Below, piece by piece: positions 38,015 through 50,543 of a stretch of DNA of 64,000 nucleotides. The notes below the pieces were generated by a model. That model was not told the DNA's origin. It worked only from the letters and a program-made list of their open reading frames with translations, and made no database searches. Numbering within the stretch: position 1 is the stretch's first letter; every line of letters begins with the position of its first letter. Source of the stretch: Methanobacteriota archaeon (GTDB taxonomy: Archaea; Thermoplasmatota; Thermoplasmata; RBG-16-68-12; JAJISG01); assembly GCA_030594205.1 (NCBI GenBank), contig JAUVFR010000006.1, positions 629 through 64,628 of the forward strand, in the 5' to 3' direction. The translations under genes and the position numbers were made by a program.

Positions 38015-39006
38015 CTGCGCTCGAAGAGGCAGAAGTACCGGTCCAGGGAGCGGTGCACTCGGACCTTGTGCCATTCGAGCATCGCAAAGTGACGTCGGCC
38101 CAGTTCGATGAGCTCCGGGTCGGGGAGGGCAATGGCCAAGCGCCCGCCTTTGCGGAGAACGCCATGAAACGCGCGGAACGCGCGCCGCAAGAGGTCCGGC
38201 AGGTCCTCCCCCCGCGTCGTGGCACCTCGACCGTAGGGTGGATCCGTGGCGATGGCGTCCGCTTGGTTCATCGTCGCGGAGACCTCCCCCACGTCGGTGG
38301 CATAGAGCTCCGCCTCCATTCTAAAGTGTCGCAGGTTCCGTCTGCACCCTTCGATGACATCCTGCCGCAGGTCTCCTCCGACGGGACGCGCTCCCACCAG
38401 GAAGGCCTCCATGAGAATCCCCCCCGTGCCGCAGAAGGGATCGAGGAGAATCTCCCCCGGGGCAACGCCCGTGAGGTTCACGAGGGCGCGGGCGAAACGC
38501 GGGTGCATGACCACGGGGCGGGCGAACGGTCGGTGTCGGGCGGTGCGAGTCTCAAATTCACCCCGATTCACCTCCGCGGAGACAGGGTAGAGAAAGGCCT
38601 GCCGCCCTCGGACCAGCCGCAGGTCCACCTCGGGAGTTTCCAGGTCGACGACGCCCGTGGTCGCGAGCAGCTCGCCGAGCCGGGACTCCAGGCTGCTCGG
38701 TGCGCCATCAAGATAATCGGCCACACGCAGCCGGAACCGCCTTCCCTGCAGGTCGAGGGACGGGAGTCGAGTCTGGATCTCCTCCAGCTCGCCCCACAAC
38801 CAGGTCTTCCCCGCGGCCCGAGCGAAGGCGAGACGGGCAAGGAGCTTAGGGAGATCCACCTCCGATGGAAAGGCGGCGACCCGCGGCTCCACCCAGACCC
38901 CCCTCGGGCTGTGGCCCATGCCCCGGAGGACGGCAAGCACCTCGGCAATCGGGAGGTTGGGGTGCTCTCCCGAGAGCTCGACTACTGAGAGGCTCGTCTC
39001 AGGCAT
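38011..39006 (-). CDS. tRNA (guanine-10-N2)-methyltransferase Trm11/TrmG10
   Basis: ELSGEHP.L, THUMP-like region, LDPFCGTGG, TDPPYG. Confidence 0.88.
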   Translation of the reverse strand: MPETSLSVVELSGEHPNLPIAEVLAVLRGMGHSPRGVWVEPRVAAFPSEVDLPKLLARLAFARAAGKTWLWGELEEIQTRLPSLDLQGRRFRLRVADYLDGAPSSLESRLGELLATTGVVDLETPEVDLRLVRGRQAFLYPVSAEVNRGEFETRTARHRPFARPVVMHPRFARALVNLTGVAPGEILLDPFCGTGGILMEAFLVGARPVGGDLRQDVIEGCRRNLRHFRMEAELYATDVGEVSATMNQADAIATDPPYGRGATTRGEDLPDLLRRAFRAFHGVLRKGGRLAIALPDPELIELGRRHFAMLEWHKVRVHRSLDRYFCLFERS

Positions 39007-39141
39007 CCCGTTCCCTCACGCCCACCGACTCAACGAATCCAACGGCCAGAGGTGGATGCGAGTATTAAGGAGAAGGGACCGGCAAGGGCCGGACCCACAC
39101 CGAAAAGCCCTTAGGGGGCCCAGATTCATGGATCGGACGGC

Positions 39142-39630
39142 ATGTCTTCGGCTAAGCGGGAGGGCACCTTCGAAGAATTTCCCGCGTACGTCGTCCGCGA
39201 CTTCCAGCCCGAGGACGTAGCGGAACTCAAGGCTCTGACCCACACGGCCCTGGGAGAGGACTACCCCCGGTCCCTCTTCCTTGACATCCACGGCTGGTGG
39301 CCCGAGGGCTTCATTGTGACGTCCTGGCGAGACGAAGTCATTGCCTTCATAGCCGGCCTCGTCTCGTCTCCCGGCAAAGCCCGGATACTCATGCTTGCGG
39401 TCCGGGAGGACCTTCGGAGTCGAGGCATCGGCACGGCCCTCATGAAGGAGTTCACCCGTCGGTGCCGCCTCCGAGGACTGCGTTCGATCGAACTCGAGGT
39501 CCGGAACAGCAACCCGCGGGCCATGGAGTTCTACAAGCGGCTGGGCTACACCGTGCGGTACCTCCTCCCGCGCTTCTACACCGACGGGGAGGACGGGTAC
39601 AAGTTGTGGAGACCCCTCCCCAAGGAGTAG
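39142..39630 (+). CDS. GNAT/RimI-like N-acetyltransferase
   Basis: LAV....RSRGIG..LM, LEVR.SN..A..FY...G. Confidence 0.88.
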   Translation: MSSAKREGTFEEFPAYVVRDFQPEDVAELKALTHTALGEDYPRSLFLDIHGWWPEGFIVTSWRDEVIAFIAGLVSSPGKARILMLAVREDLRSRGIGTALMKEFTRRCRLRGLRSIELEVRNSNPRAMEFYKRLGYTVRYLLPRFYTDGEDGYKLWRPLPKE

Positions 39631-39678
39631 GACACGCCTCGTATCCTTGTAGGGCCCGCTCCTTCTCCCCACCGTCCG

Positions 39679-40120
39679 ATGGACGCGATCAGCGCTGAGG
39701 AAGTGATGCGTCACGCGCCCGACGCCTCCCGGGACTTGGATTCTCATCTCCGGGTCGGCGTGCTGAGCCTTCCCGGGGTGGAGGAGGCGTGCTTCGGGGA
39801 CGGAGGGGGGAACCTACTTCGTGGCCTTCTCCTTCGACGACGACCTCGTCCTTCGAGCCCATATGGAGAATCCGCTGCGTGTTGCGCTCGAGATGTCGGA
39901 GGGGGTAGCGCAGACGTTCCTAAACCGCCCCGACCTGGCGCGCACCGAGTTTCGACCCCCGGGCGAGAGCGACCCGCGCCCCCTCGGAGAAATCATTGAG
40001 GCAGCCCGAGAAGCGACGGGCGGTTCGATCGCCATCGATCTCGTCGTCACTTCCCAAGAAGACCTCCGGGCTGCGGTTCGACTAGGTCACGCCAGGTACG
40101 ACGTCTTGATGGCCGGCTGA
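39679..40120 (+). pseudogene. Hypothetical protein apparently split by a +1 frameshift in a G6 run
   Basis: ORFs 39679-39999 and 39821-40120 join if one G is removed from 39805-39810. Confidence 0.4.
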
Positions 40121-40137
40121 GGACACCCAGCCTCCCC

Positions 40138-41664
40138 CTACCCGATGTACCGCTCGTCGTCTGACTCGTGGTAGTTCCAGTACTGGTAGGGCGCAGTCGC
40201 CCGCTGGGCCTCGGTAAGGTCCCTGGATAGGCCCCCCTCGTAGGAGCCGTACCGCTCCTTGATCTGCTCCTCCACGGTGCGGGCAATCTTCACGGCCCGG
40301 GCGATGTGGGACGCCTCGATACGATCCCCGCTCTCGTTCACGACCAGGTCCCCGGCGGACCGGATTAGGCCGCCCATCTCCCGAAGCCGTAGAGTCAGGG
40401 AGCCGCTCTTCCCCTCCTGCTCCTTCGCCCGGCGGCGCGACTCTTTGATGATCGCCTCCACGGCCTCCTTGGAGGCGTGAGGGATCCGTCGGTCCATCGC
40501 GATCTCCTGGGCCACGAACTGGGCCATCTTCGCCCGATTTGTCTCGTTGTCGGGCATGGTGGTCTCCACGAGGACCTCGTAGCCGGATCCGACGATCCGG
40601 GAGCGGAGCGGGGAGAGGACGTAAGGGAGATCTTGGATGTTGCAGGCCGCGACGAAAATGAAGTCACACGGAACCGCATCCACACGTACGCTTGCCCCCG
40701 CGCTCTGCGGGTTCCGGCCGCTAATGGGGAACCGCTTCTCCTGCATGGCCGTGAGGATGTAACGCTGCAGAGGGCCGAGTTGCTGCAGCTCGTCGATGAA
40801 CAGGACCCCTTCGTGGGATTCATGAATCGCTCCGGCGACAACACGCACGTAGGGCTCGGTCCCTAGCTGCGGATGTCCGCCGTAGGGGTCGTGTTTCACG
40901 TCCCCTAGGAGTTCCGTCTCGCTGGCCCCCGTGGCCAGGAGGAACGGGTGGCGCTCCAGGGGGACCAACACCTTGTGGGGGCTCTCCTTCTCAATCTTCC
41001 GCCGCTTCTCCAGTGCCTTCTGGTCGAGGACCTTGACGAGTTCGCCCGCCCGCTCGTAGACCACGACCTCCTCCTTCCCGAACTGCTTCCGGGTCGTGGT
41101 GACGCGGTCCTTCTGGCTCATCTGTCCCAGGGTCACCTCCATAATCCCGCTGAGCAGGTCTCCGAAGGGGTTCCCCATGTTCTGCACGGCCGCCTTGGGC
41201 CGGGAACACCCGGGGCACACCGCGTCGGAGGGGGGGGAGTAGTGACCGCAATGGACGCACCGATACCGGAGGCGCTCCGCCACGCTGATGGGGACCTCCT
41301 CCGGGTCAATGAGTTCGCCCTCCGCCCCCTTGAGAGCCGACACCTCCCTGAGGGCCTCCTCGCGCCCCTTGACTTCCACAAGGGGCCTCTCGGGGCTCTC
41401 CGGATTGTGGACGACCCGTATCTCCTCGTTGGGTGGAGAAAGGTGAAGCGCGAGTGCCTGGGCGATCATGGACTTGCCCGTGCCAGGCGGCCCCACGAGG
41501 AGGAGGTGACGACGCTGTTTGGCCGCGATGCGCGCGAGACCGACCGCTTCGTCCTGCCCAACCACCCGATTCAGGGGGTCGGGAGGAATCAGGACGTCCT
41601 CGGTGGTCTCCATCTCCTCCCAGGAGAAGCCCTTTTGGGCGTCCAGGATGCCCTTGGAGACGAT
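40138..41664 (-). CDS. Lon-like AAA+ ATPase lacking the protease domain, with a C4 Zn ribbon (probable ATC start at 41664; first ATG at 41613)
   Basis: GPPGTGKS, LLGDV.HDP, LFIDE, LRSRI, TLRLRE; CVHC..CPGC; ends right after the AAA lid. Confidence 0.85.
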   Translation of the reverse strand: MVSKGILDAQKGFSWEEMETTEDVLIPPDPLNRVVGQDEAVGLARIAAKQRRHLLLVGPPGTGKSMIAQALALHLSPPNEEIRVVHNPESPERPLVEVKGREEALREVSALKGAEGELIDPEEVPISVAERLRYRCVHCGHYSPPSDAVCPGCSRPKAAVQNMGNPFGDLLSGIMEVTLGQMSQKDRVTTTRKQFGKEEVVVYERAGELVKVLDQKALEKRRKIEKESPHKVLVPLERHPFLLATGASETELLGDVKHDPYGGHPQLGTEPYVRVVAGAIHESHEGVLFIDELQQLGPLQRYILTAMQEKRFPISGRNPQSAGASVRVDAVPCDFIFVAACNIQDLPYVLSPLRSRIVGSGYEVLVETTMPDNETNRAKMAQFVAQEIAMDRRIPHASKEAVEAIIKESRRRAKEQEGKSGSLTLRLREMGGLIRSAGDLVVNESGDRIEASHIARAVKIARTVEEQIKERYGSYEGGLSRDLTEAQRATAPYQYWNYHESDDERYIG

Positions 41665-41673
41665 AGGAGCACC

Positions 41674-42975
41674 TCACTTCACGGCGAGATCGTCCGCGGT
41701 ATAGACGCGAACGCCCTCTGGCCGCTGTTCGATGCTGCCTTCCTTGACCCCTATAACCATCTCCATGCCGTTATCGCTCGCGATATCGAGGATGCGCTGG
41801 GTGATGATGCCGTCGAAGACGAGAACCTTGACGCCCTTCCCCTCCTTCTTCATGAGGTTCACGAGGTCGCGGACGGCGACCTCTTTGGGTTTCGCCTTCC
41901 CACCCTTGATGATCTGCGCCTTTGTGGTTCCTCGGAGGGATCGGAGAATCTCCTGGTACTCCTGAAGATCCTCAGGAACGCTGACCTCGGGCTCCGGAGC
42001 GCGAACCTTCTTGGGCGGAACCTTCTTGGGCGGAACCCTCTTGGGCGGAGCCCTCTCGGCGGGGCGCCCCGTCACCCGCGCTTCCTTCGCTGGTCTCGCC
42101 GGCCTCTGAGCCGACTTCGCCTTGCGAGGCCCTCGGCTGGGTCCAAGGCCAAACATATCGACGAACTGCTCTGCGGGCATCTTGTTCCGTAAGGCCTTCA
42201 TGATCTGCTTCTGGGTCAGCTCCTCGACCTCCCGGCCGCGAGGAGCCTTTGCGACGAAGTCCACCTCCGCCACCTGGAGGAGTTCCTTGAGGATGAGGTC
42301 CCCGCCCCGGTCGCCGTCGACGAAGGCGGTCACGACCTTCTCCTTGGACAGGTTCGTGATGGCGGAGGGAATGTGGGTGCCTTCTGCCGCGATGGCGTTC
42401 TTGATGCCGACCTTGAGGAGGTTCAACACGTCCGACCGGCCCTCGACCACGATGATGGCGTCGGTGTCCTCCACGTTCGGACCCGCAGGCAGCTTGTCAG
42501 GCCCATGGCTGACGATCTCCGCTACCTGGACGGCCTGGCGGACCTCCTCCTTCAGGTCGACGCTGGTCGCCTTGGAGCCCGCGAGCATCTCCGAGAGAAT
42601 CTCCTTCGCCCGATCGACGACCTGGGTCCGCTTCGTGATGCGGACGTCATCCACGCCTTCCACGCTCACTGTCGCCCGACAAGGGCCGATGCGCTCGATG
42701 GTCTCCAAGCCCGCGGCCAGGATGGAGGTCTCCACCTGGTCCAAGCTGGAAGGGATGAGAATCGATCCATCCGTCATTCCCTTCTTCGAGACGACATCCA
42801 CTTCGATTCGGCCGATGCGGCCGCTCTTCTGTAAGTCCCGGAGATCCAGCTCCTCGCCGAGGAGCCCTTCCGTTTGTCCGAATACTGCGCCGATGACGTC
42901 GGGTTTTTCCACGACCCCCTCGGCCTCCAACTTTGCGCGAATCTGATACTTTGTCGTACTAGGATCTACTGCCAT
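41674..42975 (-). CDS. dnaG: Archaeal DnaG (primase-like, exosome-associated)
   Basis: VEKPDVIGAVFGQTEGLLG, TOPRIM VVEGRSDV, DGDRGG. Confidence 0.96.
   Translation of the reverse strand: MAVDPSTTKYQIRAKLEAEGVVEKPDVIGAVFGQTEGLLGEELDLRDLQKSGRIGRIEVDVVSKKGMTDGSILIPSSLDQVETSILAAGLETIERIGPCRATVSVEGVDDVRITKRTQVVDRAKEILSEMLAGSKATSVDLKEEVRQAVQVAEIVSHGPDKLPAGPNVEDTDAIIVVEGRSDVLNLLKVGIKNAIAAEGTHIPSAITNLSKEKVVTAFVDGDRGGDLILKELLQVAEVDFVAKAPRGREVEELTQKQIMKALRNKMPAEQFVDMFGLGPSRGPRKAKSAQRPARPAKEARVTGRPAERAPPKRVPPKKVPPKKVRAPEPEVSVPEDLQEYQEILRSLRGTTKAQIIKGGKAKPKEVAVRDLVNLMKKEGKGVKVLVFDGIITQRILDIASDNGMEMVIGVKEGSIEQRPEGVRVYTADDLAVK
42004..42063. repeat. 15-bp tandem repeat (about 4 copies) encoding the PPKKV linker in DnaG
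   Basis: aaccttcttgggcgg x2, aaccctcttgggcgg, agccctctcggcggg. Confidence 0.8.
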
Positions 42976-43163
42976 GCTGTCACCTCTTTGGCAGCATTAC
43001 GCCTCTGATTACCTTGCTCCCAGGCTCGCCGACACTTTCGGCGGGGAAGGGGGATAGGGTGATATTGAGGGTGATGCCCTGTGCAAATTCAACTCGATCC
43101 CGGTGTATTTATATTTTCCGGAATGAAAATCTGGGCGGACCTGACAGGACGGCGCCTCGCGCT

Positions 43164-43553
43164 TTAGCTCGGTCGGATCCGAGCGACCAGTCGGCGGAGG
43201 CCCTCCACGTCCTTGACTTCCTTCCTGCAGAGACGCGCCAGACGCGCCCGGATCTCTGTGTTCGCCCGGACGTCGTTGGCCGCGAGGCCCTCGCGGAGAA
43301 GGCGAGAGAGCTGTCCGCCGCGACGGTCCCAGTCCGTGAGGATGATGACATGGTCATGCTCCTCCGCCAGGGTTTCGCAGAGACGGAAGACCGTCGTCCC
43401 CCCGTGGACGCGCACCAGGATTCCCTGAACGCCCAGTCTACGTAGCGCCTCGCGGTCCTTCTTCCCCTCGACGATGACGGGCATTTCCAGGCTAAGCTCG
43501 CAGAGCTCGCCCAGCGTTTCGAGAATCTCACGGTCCCTCTCCTCGAGATTCAT
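43164..43553 (-). CDS. Small TOPRIM-domain protein
   Basis: IVEGKKD..AL, ILTDWD..G. Confidence 0.88.
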   Translation of the reverse strand: MNLEERDREILETLGELCELSLEMPVIVEGKKDREALRRLGVQGILVRVHGGTTVFRLCETLAEEHDHVIILTDWDRRGGQLSRLLREGLAANDVRANTEIRARLARLCRKEVKDVEGLRRLVARIRPS

Positions 43554-43662
43554 GTCCAACTCCGGATGGAGCGAGGTCGCCCCGCAGGGTTCCAGTTCCC
43601 GACACGGCTTAACCTTCACCCTTCATCATCACCCTCAAATAAGGACCGTCGGATGTTCCACC

Positions 43663-44295
43663 GTGGCGGGGGACGAAATCGGCCTGGAACAGGTACTCCA
43701 GGTCTACCGCGGAGAGAGCCGGCGCAAGGGTCTCACGACCCTGGAGCCCGACTTCTGGGAGCGGGTCCAGGCCTACGTTGCGGGCCTCGAGGCCGACCTG
43801 GCCCAGGAAACCGCCCGAGACCCCAACTCCGCGAAGGCGGCCCTCTTACGGGACGAGCTCAAGAAGGTCCTCAAACGCCGTGAACAGATCTGGCAGTATC
43901 GGGGCCGGAAGATGGCCCTCATGGCCTGGAGCGCCGCGGCGGGGGCGACCACCGACACCGGCGTGCTTACCCCTTTGGAAGCAGAGAGCTTCGAGGAACT
44001 CATGGTCGTCCTGGACGCCAGCCGGAGGAGGGTCTTCGGGAAAGGGGAAGTGGGGCCCGCTAAGGCGCCTCCTCAGCCCGCGAAGGCCAAGGCCGACAAC
44101 CCCGCGCCGAAGCAAGCCCCCACGCACCCGGCCAAGGATCAGGTCCTCCTCCGAATCCTCGAAGACGTCCCACCCTTCGTCGGCCTCGACGTGACCTACC
44201 GCCTTCGGAAGCAGGACGTGGTGAGCCTGCCCCCCGACCTGGCCCAGGTCCTGACGGAGAAGGGCACGGCGGAGGAAATCCACCCCAAGATCTAG
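43663..44295 (+). CDS. GINS subunit (Gins51-like)
   Basis: E.....L..L.PDF N-terminal helical domain; C-terminal B-domain LRILEDVPPFVG...Y.L...DVVSLP...A.VL...G. Confidence 0.75.
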   Translation: MAGDEIGLEQVLQVYRGESRRKGLTTLEPDFWERVQAYVAGLEADLAQETARDPNSAKAALLRDELKKVLKRREQIWQYRGRKMALMAWSAAAGATTDTGVLTPLEAESFEELMVVLDASRRRVFGKGEVGPAKAPPQPAKAKADNPAPKQAPTHPAKDQVLLRILEDVPPFVGLDVTYRLRKQDVVSLPPDLAQVLTEKGTAEEIHPKI

Positions 44296-44310
44296 CCTCG
44301 GAGCCGCGGG

Positions 44311-44325
44311 ACAACCCTTATAAAG
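44311..44325 (+). promoter_or_regulatory. rRNA promoter (BRE/TATA CTTATAAA)
   Basis: AT-rich box ~210 nt upstream of the mature 23S 5' end. Confidence 0.6.
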
Positions 44326-44530
44326 ACGCCATCCCATTGTAGATGGACTCTTCAACGGGGGGCTCTGCCCGCGACTTGGCATCCCTGAGTTGATGTTGAG
44401 GAGCGCGGGTGCACTCGATGAGGACGCCTCATCGGGGAAGGGTCGAGACGCTGGAGGGGCTTCGCCTCGCTTGCACAGCGGTCCGTGAGGCGGTCATACG
44501 CAACCTGGACGTTAGTCAGGCCAGTAAGTC

Positions 44531-47716
<3,186 letters not shown>

Positions 47717-47828
47717 ACACCCTTGCTGGTCTGGCCGTTCATCAGGTCGCGTATGGTCGTCTCTGCACCTCCCACTTCGTTTTCGATCGGCCCGAAGCTT
47801 CAAGCCGCTCACCCGGCTTCTTCCGTCC

Positions 47829-49100
47829 GTGAGAGGGGCTCGGAATCTCGCCCCCGGAGGCCGCGAGCGGCGGGTCGAAGTGGATTGCCCCGTGTGCGTC
47901 GGGGACTGGAAGCGATGTCGCTTCGCCACCTGCCCGAAGTTACGGGGGGTCCGGGAGTGGACCCGGGAGGCCCAACGACACCAGGGCACGAGCCTCTATG
48001 GGGCCACGCCCCCCGCTGCTTTCGTGGGGCAGTGGGGCTACCCCCGCGTCCTGGTCGGACCTCTCCTTCCTCCGACGGATGTCGATGTCTCCCTCATGGA
48101 CGCCGAGGAACGGTGGTTGGGACTGCCGCTGCAGGAGATCCTTCGACTGCGGATGTCCATGGTCCGGGGGAAGCGCCCGCAACGAGTCGAGGTCGCCGCC
48201 CCGGACGACAGGCCACTGGAGGCACTCCAAGAGGTCGCCATGGCCTCGGATCCGGTGTACGCAGAGATGGAATTAACGAAGCGGCCGAACCTGGACATCT
48301 ACTTCTCACCCCGCGGGAAGCCCATGGGGCCTTCGGCCCCCTTCGAGTCCTTCGAACTTGCAGAGAACCCCACGGTTCCGCGCAGGGTCGACTACATCGT
48401 CTCCGACGGCGACCTGCGAGCGGGGCCCGGGACGTGGGACCTGTACGAGCACGGCATTGGGCAACGGCACTTGACCCGCCTCCTGAGCGTCGGTCTCCTT
48501 GGACAGACACGGCATCGACGACTTGTGCCAACGGAGTGGAGCATCACCGCCATCGATGACATCGTCGGGAAGCACCTCCGGGACCGGGTCCGGTACCATC
48601 CCGAGCTGGGGGAGGTTCACCTGTACGGCGCGGGAGCGGTGGCGAACAACGTTCAGATTCTCCTACTCCCCGGACCCTGGATGTTCGAGGCGCTGGAAGG
48701 TTGGGAGGGACATCCGGCGGGCCCCGCGTCCGACTTTGAGCGGGCTTGGGGACGAAAGGACTACCCCACGAACTTGGTCGGAGCGTACCACGCCTCTCGC
48801 CTTCCGGTCCTCGAGCACCTGGATACCATTCGGAGACAGGCCATCGCCCTGGTCTTCCTGGAGGTCTACCGGGAGTGGATCCCGCTTGGAGTGTGGCGGT
48901 TCCGGGAGGTGGCCCGGGAAGCCTTTCGACGGCGGGGGCGGCGGTTTTCGAGCCTGGATGAGGCCCTGGAGGTCCTCCGAGGCCGTCTCCGGATTCCCCT
49001 GGACCGGTGGCTTCAGAAGAGCACTCTCTACTCCTTCTACCGGAACCAGCGCCGGCTGGAGGACTTCGTGGAACCGTCGTCGGCGAGAAGCCATTATTAG
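47829..49100 (+). CDS. nreA: Nre-family DNA repair protein (NreA)
   Basis: C..C.....C....CP, PP..FVG..GYP.V, R.LVPT.WSITA.D, PLGVW..RE, C-terminal PIP QRRLEDF; start could be GTG 47880. Confidence 0.88.
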   Translation: MRGARNLAPGGRERRVEVDCPVCVGDWKRCRFATCPKLRGVREWTREAQRHQGTSLYGATPPAAFVGQWGYPRVLVGPLLPPTDVDVSLMDAEERWLGLPLQEILRLRMSMVRGKRPQRVEVAAPDDRPLEALQEVAMASDPVYAEMELTKRPNLDIYFSPRGKPMGPSAPFESFELAENPTVPRRVDYIVSDGDLRAGPGTWDLYEHGIGQRHLTRLLSVGLLGQTRHRRLVPTEWSITAIDDIVGKHLRDRVRYHPELGEVHLYGAGAVANNVQILLLPGPWMFEALEGWEGHPAGPASDFERAWGRKDYPTNLVGAYHASRLPVLEHLDTIRRQAIALVFLEVYREWIPLGVWRFREVAREAFRRRGRRFSSLDEALEVLRGRLRIPLDRWLQKSTLYSFYRNQRRLEDFVEPSSARSHY

Positions 49101-49128
49101 CCGTCCCCTTTCTGCCTCGGGGAGTGGT

Positions 49129-49790
49129 ATGGACTTCGAGGCCTATCGCGATGAGTTTCCCATCTTTGAGACGAAGGACTACCTGAACACGTGCTCTCTG
49201 GGACGAGGCGAATGCGGATCCGCCCGACCACCCTCGGCTTAGTGGTCGTCCTCTTCGCCTTCATTTTCACCGTAGCCATCTCCGGCTTCCTCTTCTGGTT
49301 CCTGGGCGGCCTCCTGTTCCGGCCCGAAGGCGGAATCGCTCTCGTGGAGGCGGTTCGACCCTCGGCATTCCCGTCTGCCCATCATCAAGGGGGGCTTGTC
49401 CTCGATGGCCTCCTCGGGGGCCCCGGTGTTCCCGATGCGGCCGCCCTCGGCCCTACAGTCCTTGTGCTGGCCCCTGACGATCTGGGCCACGCGACGTCTC
49501 TATCCGGACGTCCTTGAACGGGATAGGGGAACTGGCATCGCGTCGGCCAGCGATATGCCTCTTGTGCCGTCCCTGAATAGGGAGTTAGGGCAACGTGAGA
49601 TTGACACCCACCAGATCGCGGTCCTTCCGGGTGGGCACGCCTTCGTGGTGACGAACGACCAAGAGCTCTGCGAGTCCACCGATGGGGGCGCGACCTGGAC
49701 ACAAGTCGGGGCGGACTTCCCTCCGCATCTGGTGCCTCCTCGCGCTCTCGAAGGATTGAGGAATTTCCGGAGCGGCTTTACCCTAAATAG
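49129..49790 (+). pseudogene. Patchwork of gene remnants (class-V aminotransferase N-terminus, TM-anchor fragment, Asp-box/BNR fragment)
   Basis: MDFEAYRDEFPIFETKDYLNTCSLG then loss of similarity; hydrophobic MRIRPTTLGLVVV...; STDGGATW at about 49675-49700. Confidence 0.55.
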
Positions 49791-49810
49791 CGAGAGCCAG
49801 ATGAGCTATC

Positions 49811-50473
49811 ATGGCACTGCCTCTGACGCTCTTCGTGGACATCCACGAGCCGGAGGAAATTCAGGCTCACATAGAGGAGGCCGGGGTTCCCGTCGAGCGC
49901 AAGACCCTCGCTCCCGGAGACTACATCGTGGGAGAGGTGGGCGTGGAGCGCAAGACCATCCAGGATTTCTTCTCCTCCATCGTCAACAAACGGCTCTGGG
50001 AACAGGTTTCCCGCCTTCGCGAGACCTATCCTCGGCCCCTCGTGGTGGTCGAAGGGGATCTGGCTCTCGTGGACGAGTATAGCAATCCCAAGGTGTTCTG
50101 GGGCGCGTTCCTGGCCCTCCACTTCGAGGAAGGGGTGCCCGTTCTCTTCGCGCCGAACTACCGCCACACGGCCCTCCTGCTGGAAACCCTCTACCAGCAG
50201 CAACTAAAGGCGCCCATAACCTTCAGCCTCCGCCACAAGCCCAAGCTTCTCAGTCTCCCCCAGCAACAGGAGTTCGCGGTCCAGGGCCTCCCGAACATCG
50301 GGGACACCCTGTCGAAAGCCCTCCTGGAACGCTGCGGGTCCGTGCGAGGGGTCATGACCGCCTCCGAGGGGGACCTCTTGAAAGTGCCAATGATCGGCCC
50401 GAAGAAGGCCCTCCGCGTTGCGGAGCTGCTGGACGCCCCCTACGAGGGAGAGCAGCGGAAGATCGAAGATTAG
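49811..50473 (+). CDS. xpf: Short XPF/ERCC4 structure-specific nuclease with HhH domains
   Basis: GDY, VERKT..DF..S....RL.EQ, LPNIG, VPMIGPKKA. Confidence 0.88.
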   Translation: MALPLTLFVDIHEPEEIQAHIEEAGVPVERKTLAPGDYIVGEVGVERKTIQDFFSSIVNKRLWEQVSRLRETYPRPLVVVEGDLALVDEYSNPKVFWGAFLALHFEEGVPVLFAPNYRHTALLLETLYQQQLKAPITFSLRHKPKLLSLPQQQEFAVQGLPNIGDTLSKALLERCGSVRGVMTASEGDLLKVPMIGPKKALRVAELLDAPYEGEQRKIED

Positions 50474-50543
50474 GGGAAGAGTCTAGATAGGTGAGCTTGG
50501 AGCCTCGGTCTCCCGCCTTGTCCTTGCGGGGCTGGCGGGGCCA

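Noticed and set aside
41614-41676. Readthrough (Sec or other) of the dnaG TGA into the in-frame Lon-like ORF
   Set aside because: DnaG ends at a normal C-terminus, no SECIS was seen, and an SD plus ATC start explains the open frame more simply
42004-42063. 15-bp tandem repeat as a CRISPR-like or regulatory array
   Set aside because: No spacers; it is an in-frame low-complexity linker in DnaG. No CRISPR array, cas gene or transposase was seen in the window
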